The translations under genes were made by a program, and so were the position numbers. Shown piece after piece: positions 1 to 13,202 of a stretch of DNA of 64,000 bases; positions within the stretch are counted from its first letter, which is position 1; every line of letters starts with the position of its first letter. The stretch covers positions 4,898,001 through 4,962,000 of the forward strand of contig JBHGNT010000012.1 of NCBI GenBank assembly GCA_043228905.1, given 5' to 3'. The stretch comes from Azolla caroliniana. Lineage: Eukaryota; Plantae; Polypodiophyta. Under the pieces are notes generated by a model. That model saw nothing but the letters and a program-made list of their open reading frames with translations, was not told where the DNA came from and ran no database searches.

Positions 1-2720
1 TTTGGCGTTGTTCGAGCTGGGCCATACTCTCTATCCTATCTTCGTCGAGTTCGAGGAGTTGTTCCAGCCGGTATTGCTCGGATTGGGCCTCGGGGAGCTG
101 TGCTTTGACTTGAACGCAGAGGCTCGGGACTCGGAACTCGACGGGCATTACGGCTTCTAACCCGAACGCCATTCGAAAGGGGGTTGATTGGATGCTTGTT
201 TTGAAAGTCGTATGATACGCCCACAACGCGCTCTGGAGTTTGTCATCCCAATCGGTCCTGTTTTCATTGACGATCTTCTTCAGTATGGTTTGGAGGATTT
301 TATTGGTCGATTCCGCCAAGCCGTTCGCCTGCGGGTAGTATGGTGTGCTTTTCTTGTGCACCACCGCGTAGTGGTGTGTAAGCTCACGTATTATATGATT
401 GATGAAGTGCCCACCTTGATCACTAACGAGCTCGATTGGGCATCCGTAACGGCACCAGAGATGCTCGTACACGAATTTAGCCGTGGATGCCGCCGTGTTA
501 TCTCGGAGTGCCTTAGCCTCGACCCATTTGGTGCAGTAATCCGTGGCAACGATAATATACCTATTCCCTGTTCGAGCCGCGGGTGGTTTGAAAGGGCCTA
601 CAAAATCCAAACCCCATTTTTGAAATGGGTCCAACGGAAGAATCGGCTGGTGTGGCATCCGTGACTGTTCCATTGGTTGCCCCAGTCGTTGGCACAAATC
701 GCACTGCCGGCAAAACTCGTGAGCGTCTTTCTTCGTTGTCGGCCACCACAATCCACTTTGCCAAACTTTCCTTGCCGTGGAATCCCCGGTGTAGTGCCCC
801 CCAGCTACTCCCTAGTGGGCTTCCTAAAGAACGACGTTCTTCTCGAATTGCCGAATCGCTCGACGCCATATGCCATCCGAGCCTTTGTGGTAGAGAATGT
901 CCGAGACGAGGCAAAAATTCCAGCTACGGACTGCTAGGCGTTTTCTCGCGTCAAGGGTCATGTGCTCGGGAGGTACACCGGTAGTGAGAAAATGGGTCAT
1001 TTCCGTGATCCATTCATCTCCATTATCGTCTGGTATCGTGGTCAAGTTAAATAGGCTGGCGTCTAGTAGCTCGTCATACGTTGTTTTCGCCGGTTCTCCT
1101 GACTCAAGACGGCTCAAGTAGTCGGCGACGGCATGTTGTACCCCGGGTCGATGCTGAATCTGAAAATCAAACTCTTGTAGTAGGAGCATCCACCGAGCCA
1201 ACCGTCCAGTGAGGGCTTGTTTATTGACCAAATAAAGAAGGGTCGAGTGATCCACGTGAAAGGTAAATTTTCGGCCCAAGAGGTAATACCGAAATTTATT
1301 GATGCTATAAATCATACCGAGGGCCTCCCGCTCGGTGGTGGAGTAATTCTTTTCCGCGGTCGAGAGCCGTCGGCTGGCGTAGTACACGGGCCTATACCAA
1401 ATCGGGGGTGTGCATTGCATCAGCGCACTTCTGATGGCGATGTCCGAAGCATCTACGAAGACATGAAACGGTTCGGACCAAACCGGGGACTGGACCACCA
1501 GGGCATGTGACAACATTCGTTTCAGGGTCTGATAGACTGTGTCCTCGATTGACGTCCATTGGAAAGGAAGGCGATGGACTGCCGCGTGTAAAGGTGTCGC
1601 GAAATCGGCCAGGTGTCGTATCATTCGGCTGTGCCACCGGATCTGTCCCAAAAAACGGCTTAGTGCCTTAGCGTTCGAGGGTGCGGTGGCATTCAGGATT
1701 GCCTTTACTTTATCCGGATCCATAGCGATGCCTTGTTGACTGACAATGTGGCCGAGAAGGTTGCTGCTGGTGACTAAGAATGCGCATTTCGCCGGGTTCA
1801 AACTCAATCGAGCTTGGCGACATTGCTCCAGGTAGAGTCGTAATTGGGTCATGTGTTCCCGTCGATGGCCATACATGGCGAAATCGTCAAGAAAGACTTG
1901 CATGAACGTCGAGATGTAGTCATGAAAGATTTCGGTGATGATGTGCTGGAACGTAGCCGGCGCCGTTTTTAGATTCTTATCTAGTTATAGCCGTTGAACC
2001 CGTCGAGGAAACTGTAGCATTCGTGGCCGGCTACCGTGTCGAGGACGCTATCCGTGAAAGGGAGAGGGAAACCATCGGTGACTGTTGCCGCGTTAAGCTT
2101 CCGATAGTCGACGTAGACGCGGATTTTTCCGTTCTTCTTTGGGACCACTGCGATCGGGCTCAACCATGTGGCCCGTTTAACAGGGCGAATGAAGCCCCCT
2201 CGAAGTAGTTTGTCAATTTCCTCTTTGACTTTAGCGGCGTAGTTGGGGTTCATCCTGTAGCGCCTCTGCTGAACCGGCCGAGTGTCGGGTAAGATGTGAA
2301 TTTGATGTTGGTAGTATTGAGGATCCAGCCCCTTCATATCGGTGTAAGACCAAGCGAAAACATCCTGGTAGTCGGTGAGTAATTTTACGAGGCATGCCCG
2401 TTCTCCGGTTGGTAGATTATTGGCAATTTGTAACGTACGGGGATTCTCGTCCGAACCGAGGTTTATTGTTTCCAGGGTTGAGGCTTTCACTCGTTGTGAA
2501 ATGGCGAGTTCGCGTTCGAAAGCCTCCCAAGCATGACGTAGCTCGGCAACTATGGTTGCATCTGGTTCATCTTGGAGTGGTGACTCCTCCTGACTTCCTC
2601 GTCTTTAGATGGCTCGATGGTAGGTAAGGCATTGATTTCGAAGAGAGGGATGATCGTGGGATGATCATCTAGGAAGTCATCGACCTCCTCATCGGCCAAC
2701 CCGTCAAGCATATGGACCCC
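1..2720 (-). pseudogene. Element A pol: RT, RNase H and integrase with stops and frameshifts
   Basis: RT motifs VDYRKLN, FLDGFNGY and FLDDF; RNase H motifs VDASD and YSTTEREAL. The integrase frame continues past the stop at 824 (KWGLDFVGP, SDQGGHF, PQANGLAE). Confidence 0.92.
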
Positions 2721-3286
2721 TGTTAAGGATCTATGTATCGATGGAGTAACCTCCTCGATGTCGTAGCGGGATTCGGACCAGCGTATACCCTCTTGATGGC
2801 GAATCAGGCGGAGATGGTTGTCGGATACCTCCGAGCCTCACACTCACTCAACGATTAGTAAATGATTAAGCACGATATCTCTCTCACTCTCCCAAGCTCT
2901 CTCTCATAAACAATAGATCAACAGTATAGACAATAAGAAGCAAGAGTATGTCTATTATTAACCCTCTTTGCTAAGAGGTCTAGCACCAACAAGGAGAGAG
3001 ATTAGTGTTCTCTAACTCAACACTTCACTAATCTCTCTTAAGCTCAAAGGTTACAAGAAAGAGGGGAGGAAGCTCTAGCTCTAATCAATAGGAGATCTTT
3101 ACAAATGGGAGAACCCCCACAAAGCACAACTATGTGGTTTATATAGCTTTCACGTTTAGGGTATGGGCCTTTCACATTTGGCCGTCTCTTTGCTTTCCTT
3201 TCCTCTTGCCGTTTCCTCTTCGTACTACGTCCTTGTTGATGCGTTCTTATTCGTGACTGGTTGTGTTGTTATCCCAACGCTTAACA
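2721..3286 (-). repeat. 3' LTR of element B (566 bp)
   Basis: Direct repeat of 13536-14102 with about 10 differences by eye. Adjacent to the PPT GGTTGGGGGAGA. Confidence 0.96.
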
Positions 3287-3297
3287 TCTCCCCCAAC

Positions 3298-5190
3298 CTA
3301 ATGAGTGCACATTCCCGAGTGCACTGTGGGAGGGGAGCTTCGGGTGTCGGGGGCGAGTAGAATTGAGTAGGGGGGTTCGTCGGGGGGTGGGTGGCGGCCG
3401 AGATGATGGCGAAGACGACGGATGTTCAGTGGTGGTAGCCGAATTTCCTGTAGTTGGTCGGTTGTTGTGAAGAAATCTTTCTTGGGGCCGGTGAGCCAGG
3501 TGCAGGTGTTGTGGCCGGTGAAGGGAGAAGGGGGGTTTCGACTAAAGCTTATGTAAGCGGGGAAAAAATGTGTGTCGATCATGGTTTCAAAATCCCGTTT
3601 GTAGCTTGCGGGGAGGATGTTGACGCAGGTCCAGAGGCCGACCAGTTGGCGGCGAGTTGGACCTTTGTTCAAATCGACGGCGAGGCCCCACGCTGGGTGG
3701 TTGTGCCGTTGGAAGGGGGGGGCTTTGTACGGGCCAGAGTCAAGGAGAATGAGTAGAAGTTGTAGAAAACGAAGGCTGGCTTGAATGTCGGGGTCCGGGA
3801 CGTCGAGGTATGTACGTAGGAATCATTGCATGACCCGGATCATGTCGGGTTCGGTCGGGGATGTGCGCGGGGGTCGGGGGAACAACGGCCAGTTGAATTG
3901 AAGGGTGGGTAGGCATGCCTGTGCAGCGCGGAAATCGGGCCATGGCCAACGACGAGGAAGGGGAAAAAAGATGGGGTTGGTGCGCAGCTCGGGGGGTGGC
4001 GGGCGAGCCATTCGCGGAAGGATGTGTGTGCAAACCAAGGGAGACACCATGGAGGTTGGGTGCCGGGAGGTTCGAGGAGGGGGTCGGCGATGGGGTGGTG
4101 CCACCCGCGAGTGGGGGTGGGGTGTGCAGCGGCCCAAGTAGACATCTTATCACGGTAAACATGGGGGTAAAGGAAGATGTCGACTTGGGGTTCAGAGGCG
4201 ACTTCGGGGTAATAGTTGTAGAGGCGGGTGAGGAGGAGGGGGGTCTCGCAGAAGTCGAACTCCCATGAAATGGGGGCGGCAGACTGATTGTCGAGACAAG
4301 TGTCCCAACTGGTACCACTTTCGATGCAATGAAGGGCGGTTTGGAGGCCGTGGGTGAGTTGGTAGCGGTCGACCAAATCAGCGTAGAAGGTCGCAGCGTT
4401 GAAGCGGGCGCTCGGGGTGTGGAGTAAGGGAGGTGTAGTGAAGATGGGGAGGGGTAGTTGTTGGTGGAGCATGAGGTGTGCGAGGGGATGGTTGAAGGGG
4501 AGAGCTTTGCGGAGGATGGCCTCCGTGAATGTCCGAACGGGTTGGGTGACGACCCGTGTGTGGAGGGGGAAAGTGTCGGGTGGTGGGGGGGAAAGGGGGT
4601 GAGCCGAAGGGGGTGTGCGAAATGGGTTGTCACCGAACATGGGATGTGTGTGGTCGAGGATGTGGTTCTCACTAAGGTGAGGGTGTGGGGGTGAGTGGTG
4701 AGGAGGGAAGGGAGGTGGTGGGGGTGGGGGGGGGCTTGGAGGTGGGGAGGAGGGAGGGCGAGGGCGAGGAGGTGCTGGGTGTCGGTTTCATCAGGTGAGT
4801 CGTGGTTCCCCTCTAGGTCGATCTCTGGGGGGGGGAGAAGCGGGGTGCGGGGTAGGAGGGCACAAGCACGAGCCTCGTCAAACGTCATGAGTTGATACTC
4901 ATGGGAAACGTCGAGGTATAGGGCTAATTCCGGTATGTCATCAGCCTCGAGGTCGGTGAGTTGAATATGTGAGTACGAACCCCAACGTCCCAGGCGGTTT
5001 GCCAAGCGCGTACTCGCCAGAGGAAACCGAAAGGGGGTACGGAGGTCGTTGTGTTTTCCAACAGGGTGCGGGTGAGGGTGTCGGCGATGTGGTGTAAGCG
5101 CACCAGTGTTGTGAAGAGGTGGGCCAACTGGTCTTCGGTGACCTGCATCGTGACATCAGAAGGGTAGGTGAAATAGATCAAGTTGGCGAT
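3298..5190 (-). pseudogene. Extra sense-strand ORF of element B between pol and the 3' LTR (unknown product)
   Basis: Protein-like segments chain across frameshifts and stops (4924-5181, part of 3740-5005, 3840-4640, then about 3850-3298) and end at the PPT. Confidence 0.55.
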
Positions 5191-5192
5191 GT

Positions 5193-5292
5193 NNNNNNNN
5201 NNNNNNNNNNNNNNNNNNNNNNNNNNNNNNNNNNNNNNNNNNNNNNNNNNNNNNNNNNNNNNNNNNNNNNNNNNNNNNNNNNNNNNNNNNNN
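5193..5292. other. Assembly gap (100 N)
   Basis: Run of N; the true length is unknown. Confidence 0.99.
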
Positions 5293-5307
5293 AATGGTGA
5301 GGGCGGT

Positions 5308-8300
5308 CTAAACGGGGGTCTCCGGGGAACGTGGTAGGGGATTGGGTAAATTAAGGGCTTTTGAGGAACCTTGAGGATGCGATTGTGGAAGGAGTGTCAC
5401 TCGGGTATCGTGTGAGGTTCCGGATCCGTGACTTTTAAGGATCCAAACCTGCGACATGTTTGTTAAGAGGGTGGGGAGGATTTGTGAAACCTTCCTACGG
5501 GGTGTTCGGTCTCTCCGTTGTTTAGGCTTGTCGCTTCCTATGGCTTTAGCTTGGGCGGGATACCGGGCCGATGTGTGTGCTTTTCGGGTGTCCCCTGCAG
5601 GCGTGGTATGATCGCGACTAGGGAGTCGGCTTCGTTTCGGGACCCAAAAGCTAGTGGCGCCTTTGTACCAACCTTGTGCTGTTGTGAGTGTCTTTTTGAC
5701 TCGCCAAATGGCGGGTTCTCCACAACGTTGCCCGTCCGCAAAAACAGCGTGAACATTCACCCATTCCCGTGGTTTGGGTGTCCGTGTTCTGACGTCAACG
5801 TCATGCTGGTCTTGGGTGGCCAGTGGGTGTTGGCGTTTGGTTTGGTTGAGCGACTCCGCGTCTTGGGGTTCATCGATGTCCCCTGCAGGCGTGGTATGAT
5901 CGAGACTGGGGAGTCGGCTTCGTTTCGTGACCCAGAAGCTAGTGGCGCCATTGTGCCACCCTTGTGCGGTTGTGAGTATTTTCCTGACTCGCCATACCGC
6001 ACACTCTCCATAGCGTGGGCCTTCAACGAACACAGTGTGGACGTTCACCCATTCTCGTAGTTTGGGTGTCTGTGTTCTATTGTTAGTGTCGCGTTGGCTA
6101 TGGGCGGCCGGTGGGTGTCGGTGTGTTGCTTGTTTGTGTAGCTCCACGCTTTGGGGGTCAGCGAGGACAGCGGGATGTGATTCGAGTGTTGTTGCGAGGA
6201 GGTCCTCGGACTTCAGCCCACCTCCTGTTTGAAAAGAGACGATGTGTTTGTTGGGTGATAGGAGACATTCGCTTATGCGACACCAATCTAAACCGAGGAG
6301 ACATTGTGTGTGCATCACTCCGGGTGGGAGTACCCGAACTTGGATTAAGTGCGCGCTGTATTCTGTCTTGATGTTATACCCGAAGATTCCCAGGCAACAT
6401 GACGTAGACCCATCGAAGCCACGGAAGTTGTCGTTGCACACTTCGAGGTTTGGGCAACCTAGACGTCTCCATGTTTCAAAGGAGAAAAGGGTTAGCGATG
6501 CTCCTGTGTCGATTACCGCCGTCAAAGGCATGTCGTCGACACGGCATTGTAGTTGTATTGTCCCATCATTAGAGTTGGCCGCCCGAGCCATGGCTGTCGG
6601 ATGGGCGTGTCCCTGTCGCTTCAATTTCGCTTGCGTGTTGCGCAGGTCGGTTTCGAGCCGGGCCATTCGGCCTTCGGAGGCTTTAAGTTTGGCCTCTACC
6701 TCTCGTTGTCGAGCCGTGAGTAGAGCCTCGAGTGTGAGGGGTCCATAGTAACGTTTGAGCTTGCTCCCATTAATGAACCCGGGGATGTCAAAACCTTCGA
6801 TCGTGCGTAGGCGACATGCTCCTGTCTTGGTAACCTCTGAAACCACATACGGGCCTTCGCCCCGTAGCTTCAACTTCTTCTTGTGTCGTTGAGAGGAGAA
6901 TTTGAGGGCCATGTCGCCTTCTGCAAGGTCTTTGTTCTTGACTTTATTGTCGTGCCACACCTTTCTATTGGCTTTCTCTGCCAAGAGTGCCTGGAATGCG
7001 AGAAGGCGAGTTTCTGTCAGTCGTTCTAGGTTCTCTAGGAGTGACGGGAGGGGGTCCCCTTCCCATCGTTCCTGTACGGCGATCCTGAGGCTGGGGACAA
7101 GGAACTCGATGGGTAATACTGCTTCTTGCCCGTACACCAGTTTGAATGGTGTGTGGCGAGTTGCGACTTTGTAGGAAGTACAGAAGGCCCATAATGCTGC
7201 TTGGAGTTTGGTGCTCCAATCAGATCGGGAGGCAGCGACTATCTTTGTGAGTACTGCACATAGCACCTTATTCGTGCTTTCCACTTGTCCGTTGCATCGA
7301 GGGTAATAAGGAGAACTTTTGCGGTGTGTCACCATAAACTCGCCTAATAAATGTGCTATCACCTCGTTCAAGAAATGTGAGCCTTGGTCACTAATGATTT
7401 CGAGCGGACATCCAAACCGTACGATGACATTTTCATATAGGAATTTGGCAGTACTACGCGCGTCGGCGTTAACGCAAGCTTTCGCTTCAACCCACTTGGT
7501 GGCGTAGTCGGTGGCGGTTATTATGTATCGGTTGAGGTTGGAAGCTGGGCTGATTGGGCCGATAAAGTCGATACCCCATTTCTCGAATGGTTGCCATGCC
7601 ACCACCGAGTTTAACGTATTAAAATCCGCTTTTAGCGGGTGTTTGAAACGTTGGCACTCGTCACAGCGACGTACGTATGCATATGTGTCTTTGAAGAGTG
7701 TTGGCCACCATAGGCCGGACTGAAGGATCTTGCGCGCAGTGGTCTCGTGATTGAAATGACCACTTCCGCCCCCGCAATGAGCTTGTTCGAGGGTGGTGAC
7801 GACATCATGGTCTGTTATACACCTCCAAAGTAGATCGTCATTACCCCGACGGTACAGATTGCCTCGAAGCATCGTGAAGGGGCCACATTTCTTTAGCAAG
7901 GCGCGCGCGTGTGTTCATGGTAGTTGTTTTAGGAAGGACGCTCCTTCGGTTAGGACGCGAACTATGTCTGATGCCCATGTTGGTACGGTATCGATCGCAA
8001 ATAATGCTGCATCTGGTGTTTCATCATCAACCCTAGTGGCTTCTTCTCCGTTGGGAATTCGGGAGAAATGATCGGCGAGTACATGGTCTTTCCCTTTTCT
8101 CACTACTACCTTGAAGTCGAATTCGAGTAACGTTACAATCCATCGTGAGATGCATCCAGTGGCGTGAGTTTTGTTTACTAAGTAGAGTAGGGCCTGATGG
8201 TCTACAAAAAACGAGAATCGGGACGCCAACAGGTAGTGGCGGAATTTCTTTACGCTGTAGACCATGGCCAAAGCCTCCCGTTCCATCGTGGAGTAATTTC

Positions 8301-11300
8301 GTTCCGTGGCATTTAGCTGGCGACTAGCGAAGGTGACCGGTAGGTTGAGTGCCCCTTCACCGGGTTGGGCTAGCACTGCACCAATCGCGAAGGCGGAAGC
8401 GTCGGTGTGCACGTGGAATTCTTTGGTCCAGTCGGGAGGCCGGAGGATGGGAGCCTTAGTTAGGCACTCTTTCAAGAGTTTGAAGGAGTGTGTGCATTCC
8501 TCTGTCCATATGAACTGCTTTAATAGGGAGTAGAGTGGTCTAGCCTTGTCCGCGAACATCTTAATGAAGCGTCTATAGTAACCCGCATATCCCATGAACC
8601 CTTGTAGTTGTTTCTCGTTCGTGGGGGGTGGCATGTCGAGGATGAGTTTTACTTTTGCCTCGTCGGTCGAGATCCCGTGGCGGGACACGACGTGTCCTAA
8701 TATTATTCCGTGCTTGACCCAGAACTGACACTTGAGCGGGTTGAGAGAGAGTTGATAGGTTCTGCATTTTTCGAACGTCAAACGGAGTAGCCCCAATTGG
8801 TCATGCCATTTCGAATTGCAACATAAGTCGTCAACATAAGACTCCACCCCTTGGCGTAACCTTGCGGCAAAGATATGGTCTGCTGCTCTTTGGTAGGTGC
8901 TCAAGGCGCTCGTGAGTCCGAAAGGCATCTGTTTATACGCGAACGTACCAAATTCCATGGCGAAAGCGGTCTTGTGTTGATCCTCAGGGACCACCGAGAT
9001 TTGGTTGTACCCGGAGAACCCGTCAATGAAGCTATACGCTTCCGCTCCCGCGGTTCTTTCGAGTAAATGTTCGATGTAGGGTACCGGGTAATTGTCCTTG
9101 ATAGTGGCTTCGTTAACTTGGCGGTAGTCTACACATATGCGGATCTGACCGTTTTTCTTTGGGACGACCACAATTGGGGAGACCCAAGTAGTTCATTCGA
9201 TTGGGTAGATAATGCCTGCGGCTAACATTTTGTTGATTTCGGCTTTCACTTGTTGTGCATAGTTAGGATTCATTGGACGTGGCCTTTGCCGAATTGGGCG
9301 GGCGTCGGCTCACATGGGGATACTATGTGTGACGACCTCAGCTGGGACTCCCTTCATGTCGACGTACGACCATGCAAACACGTCGCTAAATTCCGTGAGG
9401 AGAGTGATCAAGGACACCTCCTCGTCCGGTTGGAGATCTGTAGCTATGAACACCGGTTTAGAGTCTGTCCCTTTCCCAAGGTTGATTTCTTTCACCCTTG
9501 CTGGTCCATCGTAGACTTCTCCTAGGCCTTGGGGGTTGTGTTGCGGTCTCTTACAAGCCACTGCCCTACTCCCTTGTTCATAGAGTTTGAAATGCTCTGG
9601 GAAGTCCGCTTCCGTCACCGCCTCTTGAGTGGTCGTGATGTCACCTGGACGTGTGACTCGTTGTGCCCGTTCTTCGTCCTCTACGTCTACGTCTTTTCGC
9701 CGGGGACCTAGGGTGGTGACGTTGAAGCACGAGATTGTCTCTCCGTTCTCGTCGCAACACTTTGTACCTATAGGATACATTGCGTCGGTTGTGGCGAGAG
9801 CGTGCACCCAATTCATTTCTGACGTCTCAGAGGTGACGGATTGGTCATCTCTCTCACATGCGTTCTCCTCTTTGGAAGTGGTGGGGCTTTGAGGAAAGTG
9901 TTGGCCTCTGGTCAAGAGTTGAACTGTCTTCGCGGGGTTGCACGCTAGGAGGTTGGTCTCGAACTCAGTGGTTTCTGACTAATCGTCTACGAGAGGGCTG
10001 CCTTCTTGTTCATGCACTTTTTGTGTGTACGCTTTGATGTGAAAGTTTTTGTTGTCCTTTCGCATATAGATTATATCGTTCCCAAAATCCATGACCAGGC
10101 GGCTTATACGTAGGAATGGTCTTCCTAGTAAGCACTCGTAGGCTACATGGTTGGACGATCTTGTGACGACGAAGGTGAGATTGAACTCCACTCCGTGTAT
10201 AGTGAAGTGATGCGAAGGAATCATGCCTTTCGGTCTTTGGATGGACCCGTCTGCCATTCATAGTTTGACCTCAGAAGGCATCATTTTTGGGCTCCCCCAC
10301 TTGCACCAACATTCGTAACTGACGATACTTACCCTTGCTCCGGTGTCGATGATGGCATCACACGTCTTACCATTGACATAGACTGGTAGAGTGAAACTAG
10401 TGTCGTCGCTCTCGAAGTGGGCTTCGTGGACATCAACTGGCGGTCCTTCGGGTTGTTTGAGGACTGTGGACGTGCGAGGAGTGTGGGTGTGTATCCCTTC
10501 ACCATATCCCGCCGATAGGCCACCAGTGAGGCGTCAGAGGACGTCATGCCACGGTTGAACGTCGAGTTTGAGTAGTTCTTCGAGCGTGAACTCTATTTCT
10601 TTGGCGAGTAGTGGTCGTAGCAGGGGGTTGTCAATGGTGAAGGTGCCAATGTAGCTCTGCATTTCGCATAATGTGAGTCGCAATCTTAAATTTAAGATTT
10701 GTTGGAGTAGAGTTGTGTTGACCTCTTTGATCGAGGTAGGATGGCAAACGGGGGTGTCGATTGGTGTGACGAAGGGGGGAGGTGAGGGGTTTACCCATTC
10801 TTCTAGTTGCTCAAAGTTTAAGCTGGGGAGGCTAACTGATTTTTCAAACTGTTCGTGGTGTATGAGTTTGATGTATTCTTCTACTTTTTGTTTCTCAGCT
10901 ACTAGATTTGGGTATGCCGCTAGGTGTGCCGGTAGTTCTTGATTCGGATTGACGGGTAATGTTTCTGTGTCTCCCTCCGGTTCTTGATCTTGTTTTGAGG
11001 TTTGCGTGGAATTATTCTTCCTAGATTTGCGTCTCTTACGCGCGGTCACAGGGAGACCTTGATCTTGATATTTTAAATTGTGCGCTACTCGTTGGGCTCG
11101 TGTGATGACATTGGCACCGATCGTGGATGGCACAATGGACAACATATTTGTGCCGACCCTTTTCTTCTTTTCTGGGCAATCAGGTACTAGGTGTTCTTTA
11201 CCGCACCCTGGGCATGAAGCTTCTCTTTGGAACCATTCGATGAGGTCTTGTGACTGTTGGGTGGGCCCTTGCGCCAATGGTTGTGGGGGCGTGTCGAGTG

Positions 11301-12764
11301 GGAGGTGTCGTGGTCGTTGGGCCATCCGGTTGTAGTACTCATGTTTGGTTGGGCACTCACTAACCATATGCGGGCCTTGGCAGTTGAAGCATTTCAATTC
11401 TGACCTCCTCAGACCATTGTTGTTGCGGTATCCCATAGGGGGTTTAGGGTTTAGGGTCTTTCTCGTTGGGCGTATGCTTGGGGTCTTTCTATACGGGGTG
11501 TTCGCGGTGTGGGTAGAGCAGGGGTGGGGTCGGAGGATTTCTCGCGGTTGTTCGTGGGTGCGTGACTGGGTATGTGTAATCCACTCATCGAATCTTCAAA
11601 GGTCATCACGACTATGCAGGCTTCAGTAAACGATCGACACATCCGGGCAATCAGGAAATTTTGGAGTGTCGTATTGAACAACCCATTAATGAAACGGCTC
11701 ATCAACTTGTCATCCGACATCTTGTCATTCGGACTACAACGATGATGCAAGCTTTTCATGCGACGTATGTAGTCCCTGACTGTTTCGTTTGCTTCTTGTT
11801 TGAGGGCGAAAAGTTGGTCAATCGGGTTCCATTTATTCCCTCGACGAGCGAAGTTTATCAAGAAATCCTCGATAACGTACTCGAAATCGGCGGCGATGTC
11901 TTCATTCAAGGTTCGAAACCAGATGCCGGCTTGGTCGTCAAGTGTGAGTCCAAACGTAGCTACCTTGGTGATCTCTATGAGGGGTTCGTAAGCGCGGCAA
12001 ATCTGTTTGAACCTCTCGACATGGTCATAGGCATCGCCGAAACCGAGGAAACGGGGTACTAGTTTAGAAATGGAAGCACTCTTCCCACTGTCATTTGTGA
12101 GGTTTCTCGATTGGTCTATGGGTGCTCGCTCTTTTTCCATCAATGCTACAAGAGTTTGTATGGATTGTAGCGCGAGTGCGAGTTCGGCGTTTGGAGGTGT
12201 AGGTGTAGCTTGGTCAGGTGTAGGGATTGTGCCCACGCATGGTGGTGCCGGGTATCGTTGTGCGCGGGTTTCGTTCGGGCTATCGCCCGTTGTGCTCGAA
12301 CGCGGTACGGGGCTGTGCTCCTGACTTCGGCGGTGTATGTGCGACGATGTTTCTAGGTGGTGAAGTTTTTGTTGCACTCGTGTGAATCTATCCTTCCTTT
12401 CGGCCAAAGCAGCTTCGATATCTCGAGTGGTGCTTTTCGGTTGTCCTCCTTTCGCAAGTTGTACCGTCCATAGATTGATTTCGTGTTCTATCACTCGTAA
12501 CTCTTGCACTGCGTCTCGTATATGTCGTTCTACACTGAGTGGGTCTGCCATTGGGCTCTCCTGTAGTGGGGGTGTGTTGAGCAGTGCTTTAGGTCCTGGG
12601 CTCGATGGGAGGTTCATGTTTGGTAGTATCCCCGGAGTTAGCCACCCTCCGTGGTACTGAGTCAGGTTAAGCGGGCCAGCATCGTGGGTTTGGTCGGTTT
12701 GCGTGGACTCTTCCAGGCGTGCAGGTCGGGTTTTGAACATTTCTGTCCATGAGGATCCGGCCAT
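5308..12764 (-). pseudogene. Element B gag-pol polyprotein (gag, 2 CCHC, PR, RT, RH, INT, second PR, tail) with point stops
   Basis: The ORFs starting at 11436, 10257, 9915, 9171 and 7899 share one frame. Motifs: CFNCQGPHMVSEC, AIIDTGARVS, YVDDL, HTDASAF, KWGIDFIGP, then VIDTGASL...LLGLDW after the integrase. Confidence 0.9.
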
Positions 12765-12799
12765 GTTTTCTGGTCAAGTTTTTTTTTTTTTTTTTTATA

Positions 12800-13055
12800 G
12801 GTTCGTCGAAGGGTGAATCTTCGTCGCAGGTTGAATCTTCGTCGAAGGATGAATCTTCGTCGCAGGTTGAATGTTCGTCGGAGGTTGAACCTTCGTCGAA
12901 GGTTGAATGTTCGTCGAAGGATGAAGCTTCGTCGAAGGATGAATCTTCGTCGCAGGTTGAATCTTCGTCGAAGGGTGAATGTTCGTCAGAGGTTGAACCT
13001 TCATCGGAGGTTAAATGTTCGTCGAAGGATGAATCTTCGTCGAAGGTTGAATCTG
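12800..13055. repeat. 18-bp tandem repeat in the element B leader
   Basis: About 14 copies of the consensus GAAGGTTGAATCTTCGTC. Confidence 0.9.
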
Positions 13056-13202
13056 CGACGAGCTTTGCGTGGGAAATTCAAATTTTTTGGCGCCAACGGT
13101 CGCTTTGTGACTCGTGGAGTGATCGTAAGCCGCGAGACTCGCGGTGATTATGCTTGTCCCATAACGGCCTAAACCTCCACAATGTTTAATGTTAACCGAG
13201 CG

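Noticed and set aside
188-664. 158-aa plus-strand ORF and many similar overlapping ORFs at 1-16 kb and 42-56 kb
   Set aside because: They are antisense or alternate-frame shadows of GC-rich gag/pol sequence with no independent motifs.
5308-6250. Chromodomain or extra archaeal-type RNase H in element B
   Set aside because: No recognisable chromodomain or RNase H motifs in the tail.
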